A DNA stretch of 64,000 nucleotides, taken from assembly GCA_947501605.1 (NCBI GenBank), contig CANMWZ010000018.1:12780-76779 (forward strand). Direction: 5' to 3'. The notes under the pieces were generated by a model. That model searched no databases. It was not told where the DNA came from and was given only the letters and a program-made list of their open reading frames with translations. How positions within the stretch are numbered: position 1 is the first letter of the stretch; each line of letters begins with the position of its first letter. Shown here piece after piece: positions 1 through 8,813 of the stretch. Source of the stretch: Planctomycetota bacterium. GTDB lineage: Bacteria > Planctomycetota > UBA1135 > UBA2386. Made by a program: the position numbers and the translations under genes.

Positions 1-336
1 CAGCAGCGAGGAGGCGATCATGATCGGCACTTCCTGGCGCAGGATCTGTGCGTGCACCACGAGGGGCGTGATCAGCGCCGATACTCCGAGGATGAACAGG
101 ACGTTGAAGATGTTGCTACCGACGACGTTGCCGATGGCGATGTCGCTGTTGCCGTGGATCGCCGAGCCGACTGAGACCGCTACTTCGGGTGCGCTGGTGC
201 CAAAGGCGACAATCGTCAGTCCGACCACAAGCGGCGAAACGCCGCAGGACAGCGCCAGTCGGCTGCTGCCGCGAACGAGCAGTTCGGCGCCGATGACAAG
301 AGCAACGAGACCAAGGCAGAAGTAGAGGGTTTCCAC
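1..336 (-). CDS. CaCA-family Na+/Ca2+ exchanger (YrbG-like), N-terminal 112 codons; gene runs off the window start
   Basis: Not in the ORF track (GTG start at 334-336, no stop in window). Manual reverse translation gives VETLYFCLGLVALVIGAELLVRGSSRLALSCGVSPLVVGLTIVAFGTSAPEVAVSVGSAIHGNSDIAIGNVVGSNIFNVLFILG. This carries the alpha-repeat signature (GTSxPE ... GNxxGSNxFN) of sodium/calcium exchanger membrane proteins. Confidence 0.85.
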   Translation of the reverse strand, partial: METLYFCLGLVALVIGAELLVRGSSRLALSCGVSPLVVGLTIVAFGTSAPEVAVSVGSAIHGNSDIAIGNVVGSNIFNVLFILGVSALITPLVVHAQILRQEVPIMIASSLL

Positions 337-402
337 GGCGCCGGATGCTACTCAGGTGCCGAGTGCGTGCCCGGGCAAAATGGCGCGGCTCACGCACTCG
401 CG

Positions 403-1362
403 TCAGTCGCGCACGCCGGCGTCGCTACCGAGTCGGAAGGTGTGCTCGACCACGCCGCGACATTGGGCGCCGGGCACGGCTACTTCGGTGCCGGAGACCA
501 GCAGGCGGCCACAGGCGCGAATCAGCGTGAACGCAACAAAGCCGCCGGCCGCATTCTCGACTTCCTCGTGCACGTCAGTGCAGTCGTGGTGCAGCAAGCT
601 TGACGGTACGCCGAGGAAGCGCGCCCGCAGACGGTGGTCGTCGTGGCGGTTGTCGATGCGGATGCGCATGCGTACAAACGGCTCGTCAGCGCTGCCGGTG
701 AACTGCAGCAGGCAGTCGAAACCCGCCGAAGTGCGCCCGAGGCGGCCGCCGAGCAGCAAGTCGAACCAGCCGGCGCCGGCGACGTAGCGCACTGGGTCCA
801 AGAACTGGGCGGAGAAGATGCGCGGGCGCTCGTTCTCATCGCCGGCAAAGCCGTCGAGGGTGCCGCGATCGCTGCGCGCTTCGAAGCGAAGGCTGTTGGG
901 CGAGTTGACGCCGGCATCGCGGTCGACAAAGAGGACGCCTTCTTTGCGCGAAAAGCGAATGCGTGACCCCTTGCTCTCGACGACGAGGTCGCGCTTCTTG
1001 CGCAACTGCGAACCGGTGAACGTCTGCATTCGCGTCGGATCGTCCGGCGCTTCCTGAGGCGGCGCTGCGTTCGGACCGAGCGCAACCGCCTCTTCGAGTG
1101 CCACCATGAAGCCGCGCGCCGTGCCGTCCTGCACGGTGCCGGCCCACAGGTCGGGCCGCATCATCGGGTCGAATGCGTCGAGGCGCGCGCGTGCCGCAGC
1201 GCTGCGGCCAGCGGCTCGCAGGGCGCGCCACTGCAGCAGCTTGAGGTCGATCCGGCAGTCATGCGCGCCGCGGCCTGGCGGCTGCAGCGCCAGTTCCTGG
1301 TGGTGGTCGTCGGCAGGGATGGTGGCGAGCGTTGTGGCCCGGCGGTCGAGATGAGACCTCAA
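403..1362 (-). CDS. Hypothetical protein, 319 aa, with a glycoside-hydrolase-38 C-terminal-like motif
   Basis: Long ORF whose ATG overlaps the upstream methyltransferase stop by 4 nt (ATGA coupling). The segment IRIDNRHDDHRLRARF resembles the DHRLR motif I remember from the C-terminal domain of GH38 alpha-mannosidase / mannosylglycerate hydrolase. No catalytic N-terminal domain is present. Function is uncertain. Confidence 0.5.
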   Translation of the reverse strand: MRSHLDRRATTLATIPADDHHQELALQPPGRGAHDCRIDLKLLQWRALRAAGRSAAARARLDAFDPMMRPDLWAGTVQDGTARGFMVALEEAVALGPNAAPPQEAPDDPTRMQTFTGSQLRKKRDLVVESKGSRIRFSRKEGVLFVDRDAGVNSPNSLRFEARSDRGTLDGFAGDENERPRIFSAQFLDPVRYVAGAGWFDLLLGGRLGRTSAGFDCLLQFTGSADEPFVRMRIRIDNRHDDHRLRARFLGVPSSLLHHDCTDVHEEVENAAGGFVAFTLIRACGRLLVSGTEVAVPGAQCRGVVEHTFRLGSDAGVRD

Positions 1363-2060
1363 CGCGCGATCTCGATCGAATAGTGCCGGTCGCTGTTCAT
1401 CTCGACGCGAGCGTGGCCGATTCCAGCCGACTTCGCCAGAGCGCGCGCCTCGTCCAACGTCAGTGCGGCGCAGAGTGACTGCAGCAGCAGTTGCTGTTGA
1501 TCGGCCGGTGCCTGTCCCGCGTGCAGTGCCACCAGTCGCTTCGCCTCGGCCATGGTTTCGGGCCGATAGAGGTCGCGGATCAGCAGCACGCCGCCTTTCT
1601 GGAGAATGCGCGCGGCCTCGCGTACGAAGTCGATTGGCTCTGGGATGTGGTGCAGGATCGTGTTGCTGAACACCCCGTCGAACGAGCCGTCGGGATAGGG
1701 CAGCGCTTTCACATCTCCCTGCGCGAAGGTCACTCGTCGCGCCAACCCGAGCCGGGCTGCCTTCGGACTGGCCAAGGCCAGCATGGTGGCAGCAGCATCG
1801 ACGCCGACGATGTGGGCGATCGAGCTCTGCTGGGCCAGCAACATGGGGATGTCACCCGGCCCGGTTCCGAGGTCCACGACGCGAGAGCAAGCTCCACCGC
1901 CGAGCTGGAGAAATCGGTCGACCACGGCGGCATTGACCACCGAGTGGTCCATGGCGGCGTAGCTGTTCGCCTCGTCCGGGGTGTCCATGTATTCAGGCTC
2001 GAGCACGCGTTGCATCCGTGCGATCTTGGCGAAGCGACCTTCGGGTTCCAGTTCTGGCAC
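1359..2060 (-). CDS. Class I SAM-dependent methyltransferase
   Basis: 233 aa ORF with motif I VVDLGTGPGD, a later FDGVFSNTILHHIPEP segment and GGVLLIRD (Methyltransf_11/25-like layout). The true start may be the internal Met16 (MQRVLEPEYMD) at 2015. Confidence 0.85.
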   Translation of the reverse strand: MPELEPEGRFAKIARMQRVLEPEYMDTPDEANSYAAMDHSVVNAAVVDRFLQLGGGACSRVVDLGTGPGDIPMLLAQQSSIAHIVGVDAAATMLALASPKAARLGLARRVTFAQGDVKALPYPDGSFDGVFSNTILHHIPEPIDFVREAARILQKGGVLLIRDLYRPETMAEAKRLVALHAGQAPADQQQLLLQSLCAALTLDEARALAKSAGIGHARVEMNSDRHYSIEIAR

Positions 2061-2083
2061 GGAAATGCCGATGGCACCGCCTG

Positions 2084-4324
2084 ATGAAGCCTCTTCGCCT
2101 CTACGGGGATCCGTTCGCGAGCGGCAGTGCCGCCTCGGCGCTGCGCGCTGTGCTCGAGCTCAGTTTTCGGCGCGGGTTCCGCCCGAGCCTCTGTCTCTCG
2201 GCGATTCGCGCCGAAAAGGGCACCGGTCAGAGCGTCGTTGAACTTGGCAACGGCGTGCGCACGTTTGCCGTTGCGACCGAATTGACGCCAGCGCAGATCG
2301 AACTGCTGCAGCGCGCCGCGTCGACCCCGATTCCGGCGACAGCGCCGGTCGTGGTGTTCGCCCCGCGCCGGTTTGGCGACGAGATGATGTCGATGGCAGG
2401 CTTGGAGTGGCCGCGCGCCTGCACGGTGCGCAACGGCACGCTCGACTCGGCAACTGCGACGCTCGACCGCATCGAGGCAGAGCTGCGTTGGGCCGGAACC
2501 GAGGATCCTGCGATCGCCAGCGATCTCGCCGAACTCGAGGCCTGGGCGGCTCTGTCCGAGCCGCCCGAGGACGGGCCCGTTCTGCACGTCGGCGCCGAGG
2601 ATCCAGCGGCCGGCAGCGACATCGCGGTGCGCGCGTTCCTGGCCGCCTGCCCTGATGGCGATCGCATGCTGCGCCTCGTGTTGCCGATCGGTGCCGAAGA
2701 AACGGCCGCACGGTTGGCAGCACTCGCCAACGAACTCGGTGGCCTTGCCGCCGTGGCGCGCCTCGACTTCGTGCTGTCGCCGCTCGACCCCATGCATGCG
2801 GCAGGCTGCTCGGTCATTCTGCAACCGCTGCGTCGACTATTTGCCGGCGACGTACTGGCGCAGCTCCTGGCTTCTGGGCGTCCCGTGGTCGCGACCCGCT
2901 ATCACGCGACGGCGCCGGCCCTCGGAGCACCTGGCACCTGCATCCCGGTCGGCGGGATGCTCGTCACGGGTGACGACGGTTTGCCATTGTGTGAGCCGGA
3001 TCTCGACAACGTGATCTGTGGTTTGCAGAAGGCACTCGGCGATGCCGTTGCCGCCCGTTCCATCGGCCTGCGCGCTCGATCGCACGCAGTCGCGGAGTTG
3101 TCCGCGGACCGCCCGGCCGCGCCGCCGCGAAAGCTGCCTGCGGTGGCGAAGGGAGAAGCGAAGCCCGTGGTCGTGCTCGAAGCGCCGTTCTTCGAAGTCT
3201 CGTCGTCCGCCGAACTCAGCATCGAGACCGCGCGCGCACTGCTGCGTCGCGGCGAAGTCGATCTGCGTCTGGTGCCGACGGCGCCGTTCGTCGCCGACCT
3301 CGACATGTTGCGACAGCGCGCGCCGGAGCTGTGCTCGAGCCTGGCACGCGATCCGAAGGACGTCGATCTGTGGCTGTCGACCGGTTGGCCGCCGCGTTCT
3401 GAACGTCCGGACTGCCGCACCTTCGCGCTGCGCATCGACTGGGAGTACGGCGCGCTGCCAACCGAGCTGGTGCCGCTGGTGGCGCAGGAAGCCGACCTCG
3501 TCGTCGTTCACAGTCGTCACGTCGAGAAGACCGTCGTTGCAGCTGGCTGTGCGCCGTCGCGAATCGTGCGCATCCCGCACGGTGTCGATGCTGCGCTGTT
3601 CAGCGAGCAAGGCGCCGCGGATCAAGAGCTGCTCGCCTGGAAGGGCGACCTCCCGCTCGTGCTGTTCGTCGGTGGGATGGTGTTCCGCAAGGGCTTCGAC
3701 CTGTTGTTGCGGATGGCGCTCGATGCCGCGAGTCGCGGCGCGCGCTTTGTGCTCTGTGCCAAGACTGTGGGGCATGCCCAGCACTACGCGGGCTATCACA
3801 TGGCGGACTTGGCCGAGCGCTTCTGCAAGGCAAAGGGAGCGCCGCCGATGCGCATCCTGAACGGCGATCTCACGCGCGAACAGCTCGCCGGGATCTACCG
3901 CGCGTCCGACCTGCTGTGTCATCCGTATCGCGGCGAGGGCTTTGGCATGCCGGTGCTCGAGGCGCGCGCTTGCGGCGTCCCCGTGCTGGTCACGCGCGGC
4001 GGCTCGACCGACGACTTCGCCACCGGCGAAGGAACGGTCGGCATCCCGTCGGTGCGTCGCGCCATCGAACTCAACGGGGCGCACCTTGGGCAGCCCTGGG
4101 TGCTGGAGCCAAATGCCGGGCGCGCTGGCGAGTTGCTCGAGCAGAGTCTGCGGACTCTGCCGCAATTGCGCGCGAGTGCGCGGCAGGCGGCGGCGTCGGT
4201 GCAGAGGACGTTCTCGTGGGACGCTGCGGCGATTGCAATCGAGCGCTTGGCCGCGGCGAAGGCACCCCTTGCTGCGCCGGTCGACGTGCAACTGTCGCAG
4301 AAACCGTCACTCGCAGCGCTTTAG
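2084..4324 (+). CDS. Tandem two-module glycosyltransferase; the C-terminal module is an intact GT1/GT4-type (GT-B)
   Basis: The track ORF is 2018..4324; I prefer Met23 (ATG 2084) because it avoids overlap with the divergent methyltransferase. The C-terminal half carries the GT-B E-x7-E region (YRGEGFGMPVLEARACGVPVLVTRGGSTDDF). The N-terminal half has a degenerate second Rossmann-like module (GRPVVATRYHATAPALG). The stop is 85 nt upstream of flgB. Confidence 0.8.
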   Translation: MKPLRLYGDPFASGSAASALRAVLELSFRRGFRPSLCLSAIRAEKGTGQSVVELGNGVRTFAVATELTPAQIELLQRAASTPIPATAPVVVFAPRRFGDEMMSMAGLEWPRACTVRNGTLDSATATLDRIEAELRWAGTEDPAIASDLAELEAWAALSEPPEDGPVLHVGAEDPAAGSDIAVRAFLAACPDGDRMLRLVLPIGAEETAARLAALANELGGLAAVARLDFVLSPLDPMHAAGCSVILQPLRRLFAGDVLAQLLASGRPVVATRYHATAPALGAPGTCIPVGGMLVTGDDGLPLCEPDLDNVICGLQKALGDAVAARSIGLRARSHAVAELSADRPAAPPRKLPAVAKGEAKPVVVLEAPFFEVSSSAELSIETARALLRRGEVDLRLVPTAPFVADLDMLRQRAPELCSSLARDPKDVDLWLSTGWPPRSERPDCRTFALRIDWEYGALPTELVPLVAQEADLVVVHSRHVEKTVVAAGCAPSRIVRIPHGVDAALFSEQGAADQELLAWKGDLPLVLFVGGMVFRKGFDLLLRMALDAASRGARFVLCAKTVGHAQHYAGYHMADLAERFCKAKGAPPMRILNGDLTREQLAGIYRASDLLCHPYRGEGFGMPVLEARACGVPVLVTRGGSTDDFATGEGTVGIPSVRRAIELNGAHLGQPWVLEPNAGRAGELLEQSLRTLPQLRASARQAAASVQRTFSWDAAAIAIERLAAAKAPLAAPVDVQLSQKPSLAAL

Positions 4325-4357
4325 CTCATTCTCGAGGTGAATCGCCAACTGCCGACC

Positions 4358-4386
4358 TCAAGGCAGGATCCGCTCCACGCCGATGT
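4358..4386 (+). promoter_or_regulatory. Candidate sigma-28 (FliA)-like promoter upstream of flgB
   Basis: TCAAGG (4358-4363) followed by GCCGATGT (4379-4386), compared with the textbook TAAA-N15-GCCGATAA. It lies about 20 nt upstream of an AGAGGA Shine-Dalgarno and the flgB ATG at 4409. Spacing is one nt longer than in the two similar sites at 16079 and 17495. Confidence 0.3.
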
Positions 4387-4408
4387 GCAGTTTGCAGGCA
4401 GAGGAACC

Positions 4409-4756
4409 ATGATTGACTTCGATCGCGACACCGCGCTCTCGCAGAAGCTGCTCGACGCACTCGATGCGCGAGCCAAGGCTTCGATGCAGAACATCGCGAA
4501 CCAAAACACTCCTGGCTACAAGCGCCACGAAGTGCGGTTCGAGGAGTTGCTGCGCAAGGAGCTCGCCGGCGGTGGTTCCATCGAGAACGTGAGCCCCGTC
4601 ACGACCCGCGACGAGTCCGGCGGGCCTGGCGAGAACAATGTGTCGCTCGTCGAGGAGACGGCACTGCTCGACAAGACCAAGCTGATGCACGAGTTCGCCA
4701 CCAGGCGAGTCGGCAGCTACTTCAACTCGCTCAACAAAGCGATCTTCGGCAGGTGA
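4409..4756 (+). CDS. flgB: Flagellar basal-body rod protein FlgB
   Basis: The track ORF 4337..4756 was trimmed to Met25 (ATG 4409, preceded by agagga). The rod N-terminal motif is present (SMQNIANQNTPGYKRHEVRFEE). First gene of the flgB-flgC-fliE order. Confidence 0.9.
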   Translation: MIDFDRDTALSQKLLDALDARAKASMQNIANQNTPGYKRHEVRFEELLRKELAGGGSIENVSPVTTRDESGGPGENNVSLVEETALLDKTKLMHEFATRRVGSYFNSLNKAIFGR

Positions 4757-4764
4757 GGTGAACC

Positions 4765-5223
4765 ATGGCAGACCCCACGCAAGGCGTTTTCCAGGGCTTC
4801 GACATCGCCGCATCTGGGCTCCGTGCCGAGATGATGCGCAGCGAAGTCGCCGCCGCGAACATCGGCAACATGCACCGCACGGGCAACGCAACCAAGGAGC
4901 CCTACCGGCGCAAGTCGGTGGTCTTCGAGGAGATGCTCGATCGTGTGCAGTCGGCAAGCGGTGTTCCTGGTGGCGAAGAGCTGGCGCAGGGCGTCCGTGT
5001 GAAGGAAGTCGTCGAAGATCGTGAGACCGCTTTCCCGCGGTTCCGCAATCCGGGCCATCCCGATGCCGACGCCGACGGTTGGGTTTGGGGCAGCAACGTC
5101 GACGTCTTCCAGGAGTTGGTGGACCTCTCCGTGATCGAACGCAGCTTCGAGGCGAACCTCGCCTCCATGCGCTCGTACCGGACGATGTTGCAGAACACGC
5201 TGAACAACATGCGGTCATCGTGA
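4765..5223 (+). CDS. flgC: Flagellar basal-body rod protein FlgC
   Basis: 152 aa. FDIAASGLRAEMMRSEVAAANIGNMHRTG is the typical FlgC N-terminus. The C-terminal VDLSVIERSFEANLASMRSYRTMLQ matches the rod-protein C-terminal helix. Confidence 0.92.
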   Translation: MADPTQGVFQGFDIAASGLRAEMMRSEVAAANIGNMHRTGNATKEPYRRKSVVFEEMLDRVQSASGVPGGEELAQGVRVKEVVEDRETAFPRFRNPGHPDADADGWVWGSNVDVFQELVDLSVIERSFEANLASMRSYRTMLQNTLNNMRSS

Positions 5224-5251
5224 CCCACTCCTTCGAGTCTGAGGTGATCCA

Positions 5252-5629
5252 ATGAGCAGCTTCGGCATCGAAGGCATGGTGAGCCCGGCGACGTCCGGGA
5301 CATTCGCAGACATGCTGCAGAACCCAGGTCTCGCCAATCGGCGCGTCCAAGGTCCGGCAGAAGGTGAGAAGGTCAGTCCGAAGATCGCTGGTGGGTCGAG
5401 CGGCCCTCAGCTCGATTTCGGCGGCACGCTGGCGGACGCGATCGATCGCGTGGACAGCCTTCAGGGTGAAGTGGCGAGCAAGACGCAGGCACTCGCGACC
5501 GGCGAACCGGTTGCACTGCACGACGTGATGGTGTCGATGGGCAAGAGCGAAGTCGCGTTCAACCTCCTCCTGGAGGTCCGCAACAAGCTCATCGACGCCT
5601 GGGAAAAGTTGTCGCGATCGGTGGTTTGA
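5252..5629 (+). CDS. fliE: Flagellar hook-basal body complex protein FliE
   Basis: 125 aa. C-terminal LHDVMVSMGKSEVAFNLLLEVRNKLIDAWEKL matches the conserved FliE tail (xVRNKxxxAYxEi). Sits between flgC and fliF. Confidence 0.88.
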   Translation: MSSFGIEGMVSPATSGTFADMLQNPGLANRRVQGPAEGEKVSPKIAGGSSGPQLDFGGTLADAIDRVDSLQGEVASKTQALATGEPVALHDVMVSMGKSEVAFNLLLEVRNKLIDAWEKLSRSVV

Positions 5630-5632
5630 TCC

Positions 5633-7162
5633 ATGCGTCACTTCTTCAGTGAGCTCCAGAAGAACCTCGCGGGCATCTGGGCCCGTCTCGACGGTGGCCA
5701 GCGGCTGATCGTGATGTCGGTCATGGCTGCTGCCATGGTCGGCCTCGGCGCGATCCTCTGGTTTGCCGGCCAGCCGAGCTACGTAACCGTGCTCGAGCCT
5801 GCAAGCAGCGAGGAGATGCGCGATGCCAAGCGTGTGCTCAGCCAAGCCGGCGTGCCCACCGTGCCCGACGAAACCGGCCGCGGCATCCTCGTCGATCGGT
5901 CGCGCTACGGGCTTGCCCGCAGTGCGCTGATCGAAGGCGGCCTGCTCGACAAGAGCCAGCGCGGCCTGCTCGATTCGAGCCTCGTAGAGGACGCGGACAC
6001 CAAGCGCTTCAAGCTCGAAGCCGCGACCCGATCGCAGACCGAAGCGGCGATCGCCTCGCTCGCCGGCGTCCAGAGCGCAACCGTCACCGCGAGCCGACCC
6101 AAGCGTGCCGTGTTCCTGGACCAGGAAGCCGGATCGCAGGCGCAGGCGACGATCGCGCTGCGACTGCGCGCCGATGCCTCGTTCGAAGCCATTGCTCGTA
6201 GCGCAGCTTCGCTGGCCGCCTCGCAACTCGGCATCCCGATGACCAATGTCGAGGTCTTCGATGCTGGCAACCCCAGTCAGCGATGGCGCTACGACGCCGA
6301 CCGCGAAGCCGGCGGCGGTTCGGCCGAGTTCCTGGCGATGCAACGTCGCATCGCCAGCGAACGCACTCGGCAGGCGCAGGAAGCACTCGATGCGATCCAC
6401 CCCGGCAAGACGATGGTCAGGGTCGGCATCGAGCTCGACCCGCTGTGGGAAATCACCAATCAGAAGGTCCTACCGGAGACGCCGATCGTCATCACCGATG
6501 ACATGACGAAGGACGAGACCGACACGAGTCAGCGCACGCGCGCGGGCGGCGATCCGAGTCTCGCTTCGAACGGCGTCGACCAACCGGGCAACTCGAACAC
6601 GAGCAAGAAGGAGACGCGCAAGCGGACCTACCTCCCCGAGCTCGGCGAGCGCCGCAGTGGCCGGCACGCACCGGACATCAAACGCCTGTCGGTGGCGTTG
6701 CTCTACGACCGAACCCTGGAGCAGCGAGAGGGCTTCGACAAGGAGAGCCTCAAGAACATCGTCAAGTCGATCGTCGGCTGGGATCCAACACGCGACAACG
6801 ACACCACGTTCAGTTCGATCGTCGGCGACTTCGCCGCGGAGGAACTCGCCGTCGCCGAATCGGGACCTGGCTTTGGGGCGCTCGCCACCCAGTGGGGGCC
6901 AGTCGTCGGTCAAGTCGTCGGTGTCGTGCTCGTGCTGATGTTCTTGAAGAGTCTCATGCGAACCACGACGACACGCAGCGGTGGCGCCAGCGACTCGAAT
7001 CCAGGGACCGCTCCGAGTGGCAGCGGCGACGGGTCCGAACCGAATCTCACGCCAGAAGAACAACAGAAGCGGATGCGACGCGAGATCGAACGCGCCATCA
7101 CCAGTGATCCCGCCACGTTGGCGAAGATGCTGGAGAGTTGGCTCGCCGAACAGAAGGCCTGA
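5633..7162 (+). CDS. fliF: Flagellar MS-ring protein FliF
   Basis: 509 aa. N-terminal TM segment (LIVMSVMAAAMVGLGAILWFA), a YscJ/FliF-like periplasmic region and a second TM (VVGQVVGVVLVLMFL) near the C-terminus. Sits between fliE and fliG. Confidence 0.9.
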   Translation: MRHFFSELQKNLAGIWARLDGGQRLIVMSVMAAAMVGLGAILWFAGQPSYVTVLEPASSEEMRDAKRVLSQAGVPTVPDETGRGILVDRSRYGLARSALIEGGLLDKSQRGLLDSSLVEDADTKRFKLEAATRSQTEAAIASLAGVQSATVTASRPKRAVFLDQEAGSQAQATIALRLRADASFEAIARSAASLAASQLGIPMTNVEVFDAGNPSQRWRYDADREAGGGSAEFLAMQRRIASERTRQAQEALDAIHPGKTMVRVGIELDPLWEITNQKVLPETPIVITDDMTKDETDTSQRTRAGGDPSLASNGVDQPGNSNTSKKETRKRTYLPELGERRSGRHAPDIKRLSVALLYDRTLEQREGFDKESLKNIVKSIVGWDPTRDNDTTFSSIVGDFAAEELAVAESGPGFGALATQWGPVVGQVVGVVLVLMFLKSLMRTTTTRSGGASDSNPGTAPSGSGDGSEPNLTPEEQQKRMRREIERAITSDPATLAKMLESWLAEQKA

Positions 7163-7168
7163 TCCGCC

Positions 7169-8200
7169 ATGGAAGAGGAAGTAAAGAAGGAGACGCGCGC
7201 GATGTCGGCCGATCGGGCCATCGCCACGCTGCTGCTGACGATCGACCAAGAGTTGTCGGCGAAGGTCCTCCGGCACTTCTCCGATGACGCCGTCGACCGC
7301 GTCACCCGGGCGATGCAGGAGCTGCAGGAGCTTGCGATCGATCGCGAGAGCGTGCGGTTGGTGTATGTCGCGGCGGTGCAGCGACTGCGCCAAGGCAACA
7401 TCGCGCTCGGCGACGTCGGCGGGCTCATGCACAACGTCCTCATCAAGGCGTTCGGCGAGAACCGCGGTGCGGACGTCAACAAGCGGGCCAACAGCGACAT
7501 CCTGGCAAAGAAGCCGTTCGCGATGTTCGAGGCGCTGACGCCCGAGGACCTCGCCAATCTTCTCACCGAAGAACACCCGCAGATTGCCGCGGTGTTCATG
7601 GCGCACCTTGATCGCAAGAAGGGTGGTGAAGTGCTGCGCTTCCTCGAAGAAGACATGCGCGCCGATCTCGTGAGTCGAGTGGCCAATCTCGACCGAACGC
7701 CCCCTGACGTAGTGCAGCGAGTGCTCGACGTGATGCGCAAGAAGGTCAAGGACCTTGGCCTCACCACGCTGCGTGCCGAGCCGAAAGCGTGGGTCAAGGC
7801 CGCAGCTCAAATACTGAACAACGTCGGCGGTGGCGAGAAGGCGATCCTCGAGAAGATCGAGGCCTCTGACGCCGAGATGGCTGCTGCGATCCGCGAAGAG
7901 ATGTTCACCTTCGAGGACATCCAGAAGCTCGACAAGAAGTCGATCCAGAAGATCCTCGCCAGCGTCGACTCGCGCAATCTCGCGGTGTCGCTGAAGGCAA
8001 CGACCCCGGGCGTCGAGGCCAACGTGCTCAACAACCTCAGCAAGCGCGCTGCGGACATGGTCCGTGAAGAGCGCGACTCACTGGGGCCAACTCCGCTCTC
8101 CGATGTGCTGGCGGCGCAGAACGAGATCCTGAAGCTCATCCGCGACCTCGTCGACAAGGGCGATATCGCCGTCGGCGGCGCTGCCGAGCAACTGGTCTGA
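7169..8200 (+). CDS. fliG: Flagellar motor switch protein FliG
   Basis: 343 aa. Typical FliG segments are present: LLTIDQELSAKVLRHFSDD; EDLANLLTEEHPQIAAVFMAHLD; the C-terminal MFTFEDIQKLDKKSIQKIL...VSLKATTPGVEANVLNNLSKRAADMVREE torque-helix region. Confidence 0.93.
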   Translation: MEEEVKKETRAMSADRAIATLLLTIDQELSAKVLRHFSDDAVDRVTRAMQELQELAIDRESVRLVYVAAVQRLRQGNIALGDVGGLMHNVLIKAFGENRGADVNKRANSDILAKKPFAMFEALTPEDLANLLTEEHPQIAAVFMAHLDRKKGGEVLRFLEEDMRADLVSRVANLDRTPPDVVQRVLDVMRKKVKDLGLTTLRAEPKAWVKAAAQILNNVGGGEKAILEKIEASDAEMAAAIREEMFTFEDIQKLDKKSIQKILASVDSRNLAVSLKATTPGVEANVLNNLSKRAADMVREERDSLGPTPLSDVLAAQNEILKLIRDLVDKGDIAVGGAAEQLV

Positions 8201-8207
8201 ATCCACC

Positions 8208-8813
8208 ATGACGACGACTCACTCGGCCATTGCGCTCGACGCGCCGATGCGCAGCGTGCGCCTGCAGTCACGCGCCGCCACGACCGATGCCGCATCCCAA
8301 GCGAAGGTCGAGTGGCTGGTCCAACTCGGCGACCGACAAGCGCGTCGCGATGCGGAAACCAAGGCACTGCAGGTGACCGTTCAGGCAATTCAGCGAACTC
8401 TGCAGGCGATGAATGCGACCGTTGCGAGTCGTCTCGACGAGATTGCCGCCTTGGTCGTCGACCTCGGGTTGGCCGTTGCCCGCGAGATTGTCGGCAACGC
8501 TCTCGACCGCGGTCAGGTCGATCCGACGCCGACCGTGATTCACTGTCTGCGCGACTGCGTGCACGGCACCAGCGGCGCCGATCTGTCGATCGCGCTCAAT
8601 CCCGACGACCTTGCCTCGGTGCTGGCCAAACTTGCCGAACGAGTGGATCTGCAGCGGGAAGTCGCCGCCGCCGAGATCGTGGCCGACCCCGCCCTCGCTC
8701 GTGGTGCGGTGCGCGCGGAGACCGGCACGGGTCGCTTGCGCTATGACCCACGCGAGACGTTTGAACGCATCGCCGCAGCCGTTCGTAGCAGTGCGCAGGG
8801 CGGCACGACGTGA
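8208..8813 (+). CDS. fliH: Flagellar assembly protein FliH
   Basis: 201 aa, between fliG and fliI. The stop overlaps the fliI GTG start (GTGA). Coiled-coil N-terminus and a FliH/YscL-like C-terminus (LSIALNPDDLASV...). Called mainly on position and size. Confidence 0.72.
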   Translation: MTTTHSAIALDAPMRSVRLQSRAATTDAASQAKVEWLVQLGDRQARRDAETKALQVTVQAIQRTLQAMNATVASRLDEIAALVVDLGLAVAREIVGNALDRGQVDPTPTVIHCLRDCVHGTSGADLSIALNPDDLASVLAKLAERVDLQREVAAAEIVADPALARGAVRAETGTGRLRYDPRETFERIAAAVRSSAQGGTT

